A DNA stretch of 42,919 nt, the filler included, from Candidatus Desantisbacteria bacterium CG1_02_49_89 (GTDB lineage Bacteria > Desantisbacteria > UBA1551), in NCBI GenBank assembly GCA_001871075.1. It is 2 parts of 2 records of this genome, joined end to end, with 100 filler letters (N's around TTAATTAATTAA, not from the genome) between each part and the next. Parts side by side here need not be neighbours in the genome. Positions count along the whole stretch, not along the records: positions 1 to 31,263 come from MNUP01000006.1; 1 more part is not named here. One strand, written 5' to 3'. A model generated the notes under the pieces. That model saw nothing but the letters and a program-made list of their open reading frames with translations. It was not told the DNA's origin and did no database searches. How positions within the stretch are numbered: position 1 is the stretch's first letter; every line of letters starts with the position of its first letter. A program made the translations under genes and the position numbers. Positions 16,672 to 26,336 of this stretch are shown in pieces.

Positions 16672-18477
16672 CTAATGCTTCTTTAAAAATATCATCAGAA
16701 CTGAGATGTCTGACGCCGTAACGCCCTGGATACGGGACGCCTGGCCAAGTGAGGCCGGGCGTATCCTTGTGAGTTTCTGCCTTGCTTCTGTTTTCATCCC
16801 GTGTATCTTCATGTAGTCAAAATCTTCCGGGATCCTGTTGTCTTCCAATTTTTTAAATTGTTCCGCTTGTTTCTTCTGTCTTTCCAGGTATCCTTTATAC
16901 TTCAGCTCGATCTCAGCTTCTCGCAGGATGTCTTCGGATATTCTATCCCCGTGTAACGCAGGCTGTTTATTCTCTTTGCGACGTACGACGTACGACCTAC
17001 GACCTACGACGTCATCTACGGCCTCCCACTTTCTCTCAAATCTCCCGTATATTTTCTCAGAGATCAGCCCGAACTCGCGCCCGAACGGCATCATTCTGCG
17101 ATCAGCGTTGTCGCAGCGCAGGAGCAGGCGGTATTCAGCGCGGGAAGTGAACATCCTGTACGGCTCTTCCACCCCTTTTGTAACAAGATCGTCGATCATT
17201 ATACCGATATACGCCTGGGATCTATCGAGAATGAAAGGCGGTTTCCCTTTCAGTTTAAGCGCCGCATTTATGCCCGCGGTTATTCCCTGCGCTGCCGCTT
17301 CCTCATAACCGGTTGTGCCGTTTATCTGGCCGGCGAAATACAGGCCTTCAATAAGCTTTGTTTCAAGCGTGGGCTTCAACTGGGTGGGGTTAAAATAATC
17401 ATATTCTATCGCGTATCCGGGGCAGTTTATCTTTGCTTCTTCAAGGCCTTTTATCGAATGTATATATTCTTCCTGCACTTTTTCAGGCAGGCTTGTTGAA
17501 ATGCCGTTAGGGTAGATCTCATTGCTGTCCCTTCCTTCCGGCTCAAGGAATACCTGGTGCCTTTCCCTGCCAGCGAACCTTACGACCTTGTCCTCAATGG
17601 AGGGGCAGTACCTTACGCCCGTCGCCCTGATCTTCCCGCCGTACATCGCTGAAAGGTGAAGGTTTTTCTTTATTATCTCATGGGTTTTGGGATTTGTGTA
17701 GGTTATGTAACAGGGGATCTGGCCGCAGGATATCTTTTCCGTGAAGAACGAGAAGGGCCTGGGATCTTCGTCTCCGTTCTGGACGATCAGTTTTGAAAAA
17801 TCGATCGTTCTTCTGTCAAGCCGCGCAGGCGTTCCTGTCTTGAGCCTTCCTGCCCTGAAACCGAGTTTTTCAAGGCTTTCGGTCAATCCTTTTGCCGCAG
17901 GCTCCCCGAACCTGCCGCCTTCAAACGATCTGTCCCCGATATGCATCAACCCGTTTAAAAAAGTCCCTGCGGTCAGTATCACCGCTCTTGCTTCGTATTC
18001 TTTCCCATCTTCAGTTCCCACAATTTTGCATTTTGCCCCAAAGGGACTCGTTCGAGCATTTTGCATTTTGCATTGGACAGCGATGCCTTCTTTAACCTCC
18101 AGCCCCTTCTGGTTCTCCACAACATCCCGCATCGCGGTCCGGTATGCCTGCCTGTCACACTGCGCCCTGGGCGCCTGAACCGCAGGGCCTTTTTTAGTAT
18201 TGAGCATCCTGAACTGTATGCCTGTCCTGTCAGTGACCTTCGCCATTTCGCCGCCCAGCGCGTCCACTTCCGCGACAAGGTGGCTCTTGCCGATCCCTCC
18301 TATTGACGGATTACAGGACATCTGCGCTATTGTGCCGCGGCTTATGGTCAGCAAGAGAGTGCGGCATCCCATTCTCGCGGAAGCGAGCGCCGCCTCGCAC
18401 CCCGCATGCCCCGCTCCAACTACAATTACGTCGTACGTCGTACGTCGTACGTCATGCATGGTTTTAAAAACAGTCAT
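16672..18477 (-). CDS. mnmG: tRNA uridine-5-carboxymethylaminomethyl modification enzyme MnmG/GidA
   Basis: [66 protein letters not shown]. The exact start is uncertain because of repeats. Confidence 0.97.
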   Translation of the reverse strand: MTVFKTMHDVRRTTYDVIVVGAGHAGCEAALASARMGCRTLLLTISRGTIAQMSCNPSIGGIGKSHLVAEVDALGGEMAKVTDRTGIQFRMLNTKKGPAVQAPRAQCDRQAYRTAMRDVVENQKGLEVKEGIAVQCKMQNARTSPFGAKCKIVGTEDGKEYEARAVILTAGTFLNGLMHIGDRSFEGGRFGEPAAKGLTESLEKLGFRAGRLKTGTPARLDRRTIDFSKLIVQNGDEDPRPFSFFTEKISCGQIPCYITYTNPKTHEIIKKNLHLSAMYGGKIRATGVRYCPSIEDKVVRFAGRERHQVFLEPEGRDSNEIYPNGISTSLPEKVQEEYIHSIKGLEEAKINCPGYAIEYDYFNPTQLKPTLETKLIEGLYFAGQINGTTGYEEAAAQGITAGINAALKLKGKPPFILDRSQAYIGIMIDDLVTKGVEEPYRMFTSRAEYRLLLRCDNADRRMMPFGREFGLISEKIYGRFERKWEAVDDVVGRRSYVVRRKENKQPALHGDRISEDILREAEIELKYKGYLERQKKQAEQFKKLEDNRIPEDFDYMKIHGMKTEARQKLTRIRPASLGQASRIQGVTASDISVLMIFLKKH

Positions 18478-18526
18478 GTGTCATGAGTCATATGTCATGA
18501 GTTGAATTTGTTCTAATCATTATAAC

Positions 18527-18554
18527 ATTATAACAAAAAAGATTTTATTGTCAA
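18527..18554 (-). promoter_or_regulatory. sigma70 promoter of mnmG-purC(-guaA)
   Basis: TTGACA, 16 bp, TATAAT with a TGn extension. Confidence 0.65.
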
Positions 18555-18619
18555 CTTTATACGCCTGCTTTTTCCAAAGGTCAGAACGTTAGAAAAAAAT
18601 AATTGAATAATGATTTTTC

Positions 18620-18648
18620 TTGACAAATATATGAATATCTGATACAAT
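18620..18648 (+). promoter_or_regulatory. sigma70 promoter of mtrB-trp
   Basis: TTGACA 18620-18625, 17 bp, TACAAT 18643-18648 with a TGn extension. Confidence 0.8.
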
Positions 18649-18697
18649 AGTATTTGTTTTGTTCGAAGAAGTAAGGATAGGATAAACAGGTGCAAAT

Positions 18698-18940
18698 ATG
18701 GAAGTTGAATACATTGTAGTAAAAGCTTTGGAAGACGGCGTGTCAATAATGGGAATGACGCGCGGAAAACAGACCTTCATACACCACACGGAAAAACTGA
18801 ACAAGGGTGAGGTTTGGCTGTGCCAGTTCACGGACGACACGTCCGCGATCAAGATACGGGGAAAAGCAAGGGTATTCACAAAACACGGTGAGATAGAGTC
18901 AGGCCAGTCAAAAACCGTGAAAGTAGTAAACAAGCAGTAG
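18698..18940 (+). CDS. mtrB: trp RNA-binding attenuation protein TRAP
   Basis: YIVVKALEDGVSIMGMTRG..T..HHTEKL.KGEV...QFT..TSAIKIRGKA aligns without gaps to Bacillus MtrB as recalled. Confidence 0.93.
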   Translation: MEVEYIVVKALEDGVSIMGMTRGKQTFIHHTEKLNKGEVWLCQFTDDTSAIKIRGKARVFTKHGEIESGQSKTVKVVNKQ

Positions 18941-19024
18941 ATAGAGTCCAGATCAGCGTAAGCCGGGACCAGATAAGAACAGGATACAATTCGTGTATTC
19001 GTTTTTATCTGTTGACCGGGCTTA
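18932..19024 (+). promoter_or_regulatory. TRAP-binding NAG array overlapping an antiterminator hairpin
   Basis: Triplets ending at 18934, 40, 46, 51, 56, 62, (67 GGG), 72, 77, 82. Hairpin: TAAGCC/GGCTTA, CAGATAAGAAC/GTTTTTATCTG, GGATAC/GTATTC. Confidence 0.8.
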
Positions 19025-19042
19025 TTGCCCGGTCTTTTTATT
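19014..19042 (+). terminator. Attenuator terminator of the trp operon
   Basis: GACCGGGC-TTATT-GCCCGGTC-TTTTTATT; its 5' arm overlaps the antiterminator 3' arm. Confidence 0.85.
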
Positions 19043-19171
19043 CCATAAAGAAGAATAGCCACAGAGGATACAGAGAGTCAGCCACTGAGTTCACTGAATT
19101 CTCTGAGTTTTAACCGCGAAACCTTTAAGCCTCGAAACCGCGAAACAAATACAATAAGGAGTAAGCTCAGT

Positions 19172-20194
19172 ATGATACGGGAAGCGATAGCAAAAGTAAT
19201 ACAGAAACAAGACATGGCAGAGGAAGAAGCGGCTCAGGCGATAAATGAGATAATGGACGGGGCAGCCACGCCTTCCCAGATATCCGCCTTGATCACCGCC
19301 CTGCGTATGAAGGGCGAGACCGTTGAGGAGATCACGGGTTTCGCGAAAGTCATGCGCCGGAAAGCTGTCCCTATCGATATCGATAGGGACGGCAAAATAC
19401 TCGCTGATACCTGCGGCACAGGCGGGGACGGGGCAGGCACGTTCAATATATCCACTGCCGTCGCGTTAGTCGCGGCCGGGGCCGGGCTTGCCGTGGCAAA
19501 ACACGGCAACCGCTCGGTCTCAAGCTCATGCGGCAGCGCTGACGTGTTCGCCGCGCTTGGGGTTAATATCGAGATCCCGGCGGAAAAAGTGAAGGAATGC
19601 GTGGAAAAGATCGGGATAGGTTTTTTGTTCGCTCCCCTCTTCCACTCAGCGATGAAACACGCCGGTGCGACGCGCAAAGAAATAGGTATCCGCACGATTT
19701 TTAATATACTCGGGCCCCTTACTAACCCGGCAAACCCCTCTGTCCAGCTTGTTGGAGTCTATGATCCAATGCTGACTGAGATCGTGATCGAAGTCCTGAA
19801 AAACCTCGGCCTTAGATCAGCCATGGTTGTGCACAGCGAAGACGGGCTTGACGAAATAAGCATATCAGCGCCCACCAAGATCACGCATTTCGAAGAAAAC
19901 GCCGACGTCGAAACATACTCCGTAAAACCTGAGGATTTCGGGCTGAGCAGAGCCGCGCTGAAAGAAGTGGCAGGCGGCAGCGCGAAGAAAAACGCGGAAA
20001 TAGTAACAGATATTCTCGCGGGAGAGAAAGGCCCGAAAAGGGATATAGTAATCCTGAACGCGGCAGGCCTTTTTGTCACTGCGGGTATTGCGAAGGATTT
20101 CTTTGAAGGAATAAAAAAGGCTGAGCATTCCATAGATTCAAGCCTCGCACTTAAAAAACTCAATGACCTCATTGAATTCACACAGGGGTTATAA
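19172..20194 (+). CDS. trpD: Anthranilate phosphoribosyltransferase
   Basis: [40 protein letters not shown]. Confidence 0.97.
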   Translation: MIREAIAKVIQKQDMAEEEAAQAINEIMDGAATPSQISALITALRMKGETVEEITGFAKVMRRKAVPIDIDRDGKILADTCGTGGDGAGTFNISTAVALVAAGAGLAVAKHGNRSVSSSCGSADVFAALGVNIEIPAEKVKECVEKIGIGFLFAPLFHSAMKHAGATRKEIGIRTIFNILGPLTNPANPSVQLVGVYDPMLTEIVIEVLKNLGLRSAMVVHSEDGLDEISISAPTKITHFEENADVETYSVKPEDFGLSRAALKEVAGGSAKKNAEIVTDILAGEKGPKRDIVILNAAGLFVTAGIAKDFFEGIKKAEHSIDSSLALKKLNDLIEFTQGL

Positions 20195-20196
20195 CA

Positions 20197-21369
20197 ATGA
20201 TGCCTGACAAAAAAGGATATTACGGGATCTTCGGCGGAATGTTTGTGCCCGAGACACTTGTTCCCGCTCTCAAAGAGCTGGAAAAAGTATATAATAAGGA
20301 AAAGAGAAGCCGGAGATTCAGGGATGAGCTGGGCTTTTACCTGAAATATTACGCGGGAAGGCCCACGCCGCTTTATTTCGCGGACAGGCTGAGCGCGCGC
20401 CTTAAGGGCATTGAGGTCTATCTTAAAAGGGAGGACCTCCTGCACACGGGCGCGCACAAGATAAACAACGCGCTGGGCCAGATACTGCTCGCAAAAAGGA
20501 TGGGTAAGAAACGCGTTATAGCTGAGACAGGCGCGGGCCAGCACGGGGTCGCAGTCGCGACAGTCGCGGCGAAATTCGGGTTTGAATGCTGCGTGTATAT
20601 GGGAACGGAAGACATGGAAAGACAGGCGCCGAACGTGCTCCGCATGAAACTTCTGGGCACGAAAGTCATACCGGTAAACTCGGGAAGCAGGACACTTAAA
20701 GACGCGATCAACGAAGCTTTGCGCGACTGGGTCTCAAATGTCGGGACAACCTATTACCTTTTCGGCTCTGTAGCCGGCCCACACCCCTACCCTCTTATCG
20801 TGCGCGATTTCCAGTCCGTAATAGGAAAGGAAACAAGAAAACAGATACTGGACATAAAAGGAAGGCTGCCTGATTACATTTTTGCGTGCGTTGGAGGCGG
20901 AAGCAACTCGATCGGGATATTCCACGCTTTTTTGAAAGACCGCCGGGTAAAACTTATCGGGGTGGAAGCGGCAGGCCTGGGGCTTGGCTCAGGAAAACAC
21001 GCGGCAACCCTTTGCAAGGGTTCACCCGGTGTCCTGCACGGAGCTAAAAGCTACGTCCTTCAGGATAAAGACGGCCAGATACTGGCAACCCATTCTGTCG
21101 CCGCAGGCCTTGATTACCCCGGAGTAGGTCCTGAGCACAGCTTCCTGAAAGAAACAGGGCGCGCTCAATACGCGTCCGTCACGGATAAAGAAGCTCTTGA
21201 AGCGTTCAATCTTCTGAGCAGGCTTGAAGGAATAATACCCGCGTTTGAATCATCGCACGCGCTTGCCTATCTGGTAAAGATCTCAAAAAAACTAAAAAAA
21301 GGAACCGTCGCAGTCGTAAACCTGTCGGGCAGAGGGGATAAGGACCTGGGAAATCTGGTTGAAAGTTAA
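20197..21369 (+). CDS. trpB: Tryptophan synthase beta chain (TrpB1)
   Basis: [47 protein letters not shown]. Confidence 0.98.
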   Translation: MMPDKKGYYGIFGGMFVPETLVPALKELEKVYNKEKRSRRFRDELGFYLKYYAGRPTPLYFADRLSARLKGIEVYLKREDLLHTGAHKINNALGQILLAKRMGKKRVIAETGAGQHGVAVATVAAKFGFECCVYMGTEDMERQAPNVLRMKLLGTKVIPVNSGSRTLKDAINEALRDWVSNVGTTYYLFGSVAGPHPYPLIVRDFQSVIGKETRKQILDIKGRLPDYIFACVGGGSNSIGIFHAFLKDRRVKLIGVEAAGLGLGSGKHAATLCKGSPGVLHGAKSYVLQDKDGQILATHSVAAGLDYPGVGPEHSFLKETGRAQYASVTDKEALEAFNLLSRLEGIIPAFESSHALAYLVKISKKLKKGTVAVVNLSGRGDKDLGNLVES

Positions 21370-21417
21370 AAGTTGAAGGTTAAAAGTTCAAGGATTTCAA
21401 ATATACAATTTCAAATC

Positions 21418-21550
21418 TTCTTCTGCCGCGAGGTGCTTTCCCGTAGCGGGCTTTAAAGATTTTTTCACAGGACCCTACGGAAAAAATTTTAGAGCGAGCA
21501 GTCAGATGCGAGCGACCCGCCGAGGGAAACACCGAGAAAAGACAGAAGAA
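21418..21550. repeat. Long imperfect inverted repeat between trpB and trpA
   Basis: TTCTTCTG/CAGAAGAA, GGTG.TTTCCC/GGGAAA.CACC, GCGGG/CCCGC, CTTTAAAGATTTTTTC/GAAAAAATTTTAGAG. Confidence 0.7.
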
Positions 21551-21568
21551 ACATAAATTCAAACTAAT

Positions 21569-22390
21569 ATGAATAGGATAGAGGAAAAGTTCAGACAATT
21601 GAAAAGAAACGGAAAGAAAGCCTTCATACCGTATATCACATGCGGCTTTCCCGACCTGCGGACCACTGAAAAGCTCATCCCGGCAATGGAAAAAGCCGGA
21701 GCTGACATCATTGAGCTGGGCGTGCCGTTCTCTGACCCCATAGCCGACGGGCCCGTGATCCAGTTCTCCTCGCAGGAAGCGCTGAAGAAAAAAGTAAATC
21801 TTCGAAAGATCCTGAAAATGGTGTCCGGCCTGCGCCGCCGCAGGACCCAGGTCCCGGTGGTGCTTATGGGATATTACAACAGCATCTGCGCTTACGGGGA
21901 GAAAAAATTTCTCAGAGACGCGGCAAAAGCAGGGATAGACGGGCTTATTATCGCGGACCTTCCAGCGGATGAGGGAAAGGCATTCAGCAGGCAGGCCGCG
22001 GAACGCGGTATTGACGTCATTTTTCTCGCTGCTCCCACAAGCGGGGCGCAAAGGCTTAAAAAGATAGCGCGCCTCAGCAGGGGTTACGTATATTACGTTT
22101 CCCTGACAGGCGTTACAGGAGCCAGAAAAGAACTGCCTCCCGGGCTAAGGGAAAAGATCAGGTCTGTGTGCCGCCTGACCTCAACGCCGGTATGCGTGGG
22201 GTTCGGCATTTCAAAACCCGGGCATATAAGGTCCCTCGAAGATGCCGGTGACGGCATTATCGTGGGAAGCGCCATAATAAACATAATGAAAAAGAACGCG
22301 GGCCGCCGTCGTAGGGACCTGGTCCGGAAAACCGCGGAATTTGTTGGGAAGCTTGCCGGGGCACTTACCGGGGCATGCGGAGAAAGATAA
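21569..22390 (+). CDS. trpA: Tryptophan synthase alpha chain
   Basis: IELGVPFSDPIADGPVIQ, MGYYN, YYVSLTGVTG, VGFGIS, DGIIVGSA. Confidence 0.98.
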   Translation: MNRIEEKFRQLKRNGKKAFIPYITCGFPDLRTTEKLIPAMEKAGADIIELGVPFSDPIADGPVIQFSSQEALKKKVNLRKILKMVSGLRRRRTQVPVVLMGYYNSICAYGEKKFLRDAAKAGIDGLIIADLPADEGKAFSRQAAERGIDVIFLAAPTSGAQRLKKIARLSRGYVYYVSLTGVTGARKELPPGLREKIRSVCRLTSTPVCVGFGISKPGHIRSLEDAGDGIIVGSAIINIMKKNAGRRRRDLVRKTAEFVGKLAGALTGACGER

Positions 22391-22392
22391 AA

Positions 22393-23160
22393 ATGTACCT
22401 TGACAGGATAATCGAAAATAAGAAAATTGAGATCAAGAAGAACAGGAAGGCGTACGAAAAACTCGCAGGCAGATCCGGTAAAAAAAAGAACACCAGAGAT
22501 TTTTTAAAGGCGCTTTCAAAGCCCGGGCTGAACGTGATCGGCGAGGTTAAAAGGTTTTCGCCCACAAATCCCCTGCCCCTTCGGAAGTTCGACCCCGGCG
22601 CAATAGCCAGGAAATACGAACAAGGCGGGGTTTCAGCCGTGTCCGTGATAACGGACAGGAAATTTTTCGGCGGAAGCTTTGAGATCCTTAAAGAAGTAAG
22701 TGAAAACATCGGCATCCCGGTGCTTTGCAAGGAATTCGTGATAGACGAGATCCAGATAAGGATGGCGCGCGCAAGCGGGGCGGATGCCGTCCTGCTCATA
22801 GCCAGGATCCTGGACGAAGAAAAGCTCAGGTCTTTCCTGTTAAGCGCACGCTCCCTGGATATGCGCGCGCTGGTCGAGATACACGACGAAGATGACCTGA
22901 TAAAAGCGGTCGGATGCGGGGCGAAGATCATCGGCATCAACAACCGCGACCTTGACACCCTGAAAACAGACCTTGGCGTCACCGTAAGGCTTGCCGGGTT
23001 GGTCCCTGATGACAAGATCATTGTGAGCGAAAGCGGGATTAAAACATATAAAGATATCCTGAGAGTGCGCGGGGCCGAAGTTGACGCGGTCCTTATAGGG
23101 GCCGGGCTTCTGACGAGATCTGAGATCGCGGACAGGATCCATGAATTCAGGGGGATATAA
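22393..23160 (+). CDS. trpC: Indole-3-glycerol phosphate synthase
   Basis: IGEVKRFSP, SVITD..FFGGS, GADAVLLI, LVEIH, IGINNRDL, VSESGI. Confidence 0.96.
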   Translation: MYLDRIIENKKIEIKKNRKAYEKLAGRSGKKKNTRDFLKALSKPGLNVIGEVKRFSPTNPLPLRKFDPGAIARKYEQGGVSAVSVITDRKFFGGSFEILKEVSENIGIPVLCKEFVIDEIQIRMARASGADAVLLIARILDEEKLRSFLLSARSLDMRALVEIHDEDDLIKAVGCGAKIIGINNRDLDTLKTDLGVTVRLAGLVPDDKIIVSESGIKTYKDILRVRGAEVDAVLIGAGLLTRSEIADRIHEFRGI

Positions 23161-24650
23161 TGCTCTGCCCGGACCTGAAAAGTTTCTGCAGGCTTGCGAA
23201 AAAAGCGAATATCGTCCCGGTATACAAGGAAGTCCTCGCGGACCTTGAAACGCCCGTATCCGCTTTCCTGAAGATCTCAGGGAATTCAAGCCACGCGTTC
23301 CTGCTTGAAAGCGTTGAAGGGCAGGAAAAAATAGGCCGGTATTCGTTCATCGGCGCGGACTTTTTCCTTACCTTCAAAAGCAAGGGGAACAAGGTCCGGA
23401 TCTGCGAACGCGGCAGGGAAAAAGAATGCGCTGTCGGAAAGGGGGACCCGCTTGAGAACCTGAAAGAGATAATGCGGGAATACAGGCCGCCAAGCACAAG
23501 CGCCCTTCCGATATTCGCCGGAGGAGCGGTCGGGTACCTTTCCTACGACCTTGTAAGGTTCTTTGAAAAACTGCCTGACAAAAATCCGGACGCGCTGGGG
23601 CTTCCGGACGCTTACTTCCTGCTCACGGACACGTTCCTGATATTTGACCACATAGAGCACTCCATAAAGATCGTGTGCAACGCCCGGGTCGCGGACGGCA
23701 ATCCCGCTTCTGCTTACGCATCCGCCCGCAGGAAGATCGAGGGCATAGAGCGCAGGTTGAAAACAGGCAGGGTTTCGCACATCGATTATTCCCCTAACAA
23801 CAAGGAAATCCTTTTTAACTCAAATTTCACTAAAGCGGAATTCACGGAAGCGGTCAGAAAAATAAAGGCTTACGTGCGCGGCGGGGATATCATACAGGCA
23901 GTGCTTTCCCAGCGGTTCAGCGCAAAGATAGACATAGAGCCCTTTAACCTGTACCGCGCCCTGCGCGTGGTCAACCCCTCGCCATATATGTTCTACTTCA
24001 AACTGCCGGAATGCAGCATCATAGGTTCTTCCCCGGAGATATTCCTGCGCATAGAGAACGGCAGGGCGATACTGCGGCCGATAGCGGGCACAAGGCCGCG
24101 GGGAAAAACCCCGGACGAGGACAGGAAACTGGAAAAAGAACTTTTAAAGGATAAAAAGGAAAAAGCCGAGCACCTGATGCTGGTTGACCTGGGCAGGAAC
24201 GACCTGGGAAGGATATGCGAATACGGCAGCGTTCGCCCCAGTGATTTCATGAACGTGGAAAGGTACTCACACGTGATGCACATAGTTTCCGAGGTTACGG
24301 GCAAAATGAAGCGCGGCAAAGACTGTTTTGACGCCGTGCGCGCCTGCTTTCCCGCGGGCACGGTGAGCGGGGCGCCGAAGATCAGGGCGATGGAGATCAT
24401 AGAAGAGACCGAAAAAGAAAAACGCGGGATCTACGCGGGCGCGATCGGGTATTTCTCCTACAACGGCAACATGGACACCGCGATAACCATCCGCACGATA
24501 CTTATGCTCGACAGCCGCTGCTGCATACAGTCAGGCGCCGGCATAGTCGCTGATTCGGTGCCTGAAAAGGAATATTCGGAAACGCTCAACAAGGCAAAAG
24601 CCATGCTGAAGGCGATCTCGGTGACAAGCGGTCTTCGAAAAAAGAAATAA
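23160..24650 (+). CDS. trpE: Anthranilate synthase component I
   Basis: [55 protein letters not shown]. Confidence 0.97.
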   Translation: MLCPDLKSFCRLAKKANIVPVYKEVLADLETPVSAFLKISGNSSHAFLLESVEGQEKIGRYSFIGADFFLTFKSKGNKVRICERGREKECAVGKGDPLENLKEIMREYRPPSTSALPIFAGGAVGYLSYDLVRFFEKLPDKNPDALGLPDAYFLLTDTFLIFDHIEHSIKIVCNARVADGNPASAYASARRKIEGIERRLKTGRVSHIDYSPNNKEILFNSNFTKAEFTEAVRKIKAYVRGGDIIQAVLSQRFSAKIDIEPFNLYRALRVVNPSPYMFYFKLPECSIIGSSPEIFLRIENGRAILRPIAGTRPRGKTPDEDRKLEKELLKDKKEKAEHLMLVDLGRNDLGRICEYGSVRPSDFMNVERYSHVMHIVSEVTGKMKRGKDCFDAVRACFPAGTVSGAPKIRAMEIIEETEKEKRGIYAGAIGYFSYNGNMDTAITIRTILMLDSRCCIQSGAGIVADSVPEKEYSETLNKAKAMLKAISVTSGLRKKK

Positions 24651-24661
24651 AAGGAAAAAAC

Positions 24662-25495
24662 ATGATCCTTATGATCGATAACTATGACTCTTTCACCTAC
24701 AACCTTGTCCAGTACCTGGGGGAACTCGGGCAGGACGTAAAGGTCTGCAGGAATAACAGGATATCCCTGAAAAAAATATCTTCGCTCAAACCGCAAGGCA
24801 TAATAATATCTCCGGGCCCCGGTACGCCTGACGATGCGGGCATCTCCAGGGAAACGATCAGGGCGTTTGCGGGCAGGATACCGATACTGGGCGTGTGCCT
24901 GGGGCACCAGTGCATAGGAGACGTTTTCGGAGGCAGGATAGTGCAGGCAGGAAGGCTTATGCACGGCAAAACATCCCTTGTCTACCATGACGGCAGGACC
25001 ATATTCAGGGGCCTTTCCAATCCCTTTGAGGCAACCAGGTACCACTCGCTCATCATTGAAAGAAGATCGATCCCGGACGCGCTTGAAATTTCCGCCTGGA
25101 CCAAGGAAGGCGAAATAATGGGAGTGCGCCTTAAGAAAAAAGCGTGTCCCGCCCAGCAAGCGTTGGCGGGCAAGCGCCGTATCAACGTGTCAGCGTGTCA
25201 GAGTTCAAAACGCACGACCTGGGACGTACAACGCACGACGCACAGCTTGCCCGCCAATCTTGCTGGGCGGGACGCACGACGCACGACCCGCAACGTACGA
25301 CGTACGACGTTCGACGTTCGACGTATGACGTGTATTGTAGAGGGTGTTCAGTTCCACCCGGAATCCATCCTTACGGCAGAAGGCAAAAAATTGCTTAAAA
25401 ATTTCCTTAATATAAGTCGTGCTACTCACCCTCACCTTTATCCTCTCCCCTCGAGGGAGAGGGATGGAGTGAGGGGCAAGGAGAAAAAATGGTAA
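24662..25495 (+). CDS. trpG: Anthranilate synthase component II with an in-frame insertion of about 64 aa and a C-terminal extension
   Basis: [27 protein letters not shown] and QFHPES are all intact; insertion at 25142-25333. Confidence 0.93.
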   Translation: MILMIDNYDSFTYNLVQYLGELGQDVKVCRNNRISLKKISSLKPQGIIISPGPGTPDDAGISRETIRAFAGRIPILGVCLGHQCIGDVFGGRIVQAGRLMHGKTSLVYHDGRTIFRGLSNPFEATRYHSLIIERRSIPDALEISAWTKEGEIMGVRLKKKACPAQQALAGKRRINVSACQSSKRTTWDVQRTTHSLPANLAGRDARRTTRNVRRTTFDVRRMTCIVEGVQFHPESILTAEGKKLLKNFLNISRATHPHLYPLPSRERDGVRGKEKKW

Positions 25496-26139
25496 AAGTA
25501 AAGATCTGCGGTATCGTGAAGGACAAGGACGCGCATTTCGCCGAGGGTTTCGGCGCGGATATACTGGGCTTCAATTTCTTCAAAGGTTCGCCGAGGCGCA
25601 TAAGCTGCAAGGCTGCAAAGGAGATCGTAAAGGGCCTGCGGTATTCCACGAAATCCGTGGGCGTCTTCGTTGACGAGAAATTGGAAAAGATCGCCGAGAT
25701 CATAGATTTCTGCGGCATCAAGCTCATCCAGCTGCACGGCGGCGAAACCCCGGAGTTCTGCGCCGAGCTGAAAATGAAGTACCCGTGGATCCAGGTGATA
25801 AAGGCTTTCAGGATAAAGAAAGCGGTCGACTTCAAGCAGATATACACGTTCTTAGCCCCCCAGAGGGTCATTGATTTCATACTGCTGGACACCCATAAGA
25901 AAGGGATCCCGGGCGGAACCGGCAAAAAGTTCAACTGGGGTCTCGCGCTGAAAGTTAAAAGGTACGCTCCCGTAATTCTTGCAGGGGGCCTTAATCCGGA
26001 AAATGTCAGGGAAGCAGTGTCAAAAATACATCCCTACGCCGTTGACGTTGCAAGCGGCGTAGAGAAAGGGGGAAGTAAAAGAGGAGAGAAGGATTACGAC
26101 AAGATGAGCCTGTTCATAAGGAACGCCAAATCAGTTTAG
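25489..26139 (+). CDS. trpF: Phosphoribosylanthranilate isomerase
   Basis: [43 protein letters not shown]. Confidence 0.96.
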   Translation: MVKVKICGIVKDKDAHFAEGFGADILGFNFFKGSPRRISCKAAKEIVKGLRYSTKSVGVFVDEKLEKIAEIIDFCGIKLIQLHGGETPEFCAELKMKYPWIQVIKAFRIKKAVDFKQIYTFLAPQRVIDFILLDTHKKGIPGGTGKKFNWGLALKVKRYAPVILAGGLNPENVREAVSKIHPYAVDVASGVEKGGSKRGEKDYDKMSLFIRNAKSV

Positions 26140-26146
26140 AAAAATT

Positions 26147-26312
26147 GATTACACCGATTTTTTTAAGACGATTACACCGATTACCACGCGGTCATTGCGA
26201 GCGTCAGCGAAGCAATCCCATGTATTTAGATTGCTTTGTCGCTTTGCTCCTCGCAATGACAGCTTCAAATCTTGTAATCTGAGTAATCATTGTTTAAGAA
26301 ATCTGTGTAATC
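26147..26312. repeat. Nested palindromic element (GTCATTGCGAG...CTCGCAATGAC) inside GATTACACCGAT / ATCTG.GTAATC repeats
   Basis: Inner inverted repeat 26191-26260; half copy at 27714-27748; elaborated copy at 35910-36067. Confidence 0.75.
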
Positions 26313-26336
26313 ATCTTCAAGAAAAAGGAGGAGAGC

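Noticed and set aside
18650-18697. TRAP autoregulatory site over the mtrB ribosome-binding region
   Set aside because: Only about five irregularly spaced NAG triplets in purine-rich sequence; not distinguishable from an ordinary RBS region.
18941-19171. T-box or TrpL leader-peptide attenuation
   Set aside because: No T-box consensus (AAGGTGGTACC-like) and no short Trp-codon ORF; the TRAP model fits.
25142-25333. Intein or self-splicing intron in trpG
   Set aside because: No C-terminal His-Asn intein motif, too short, and composed of repeats seen elsewhere in the window; no group I/II core.
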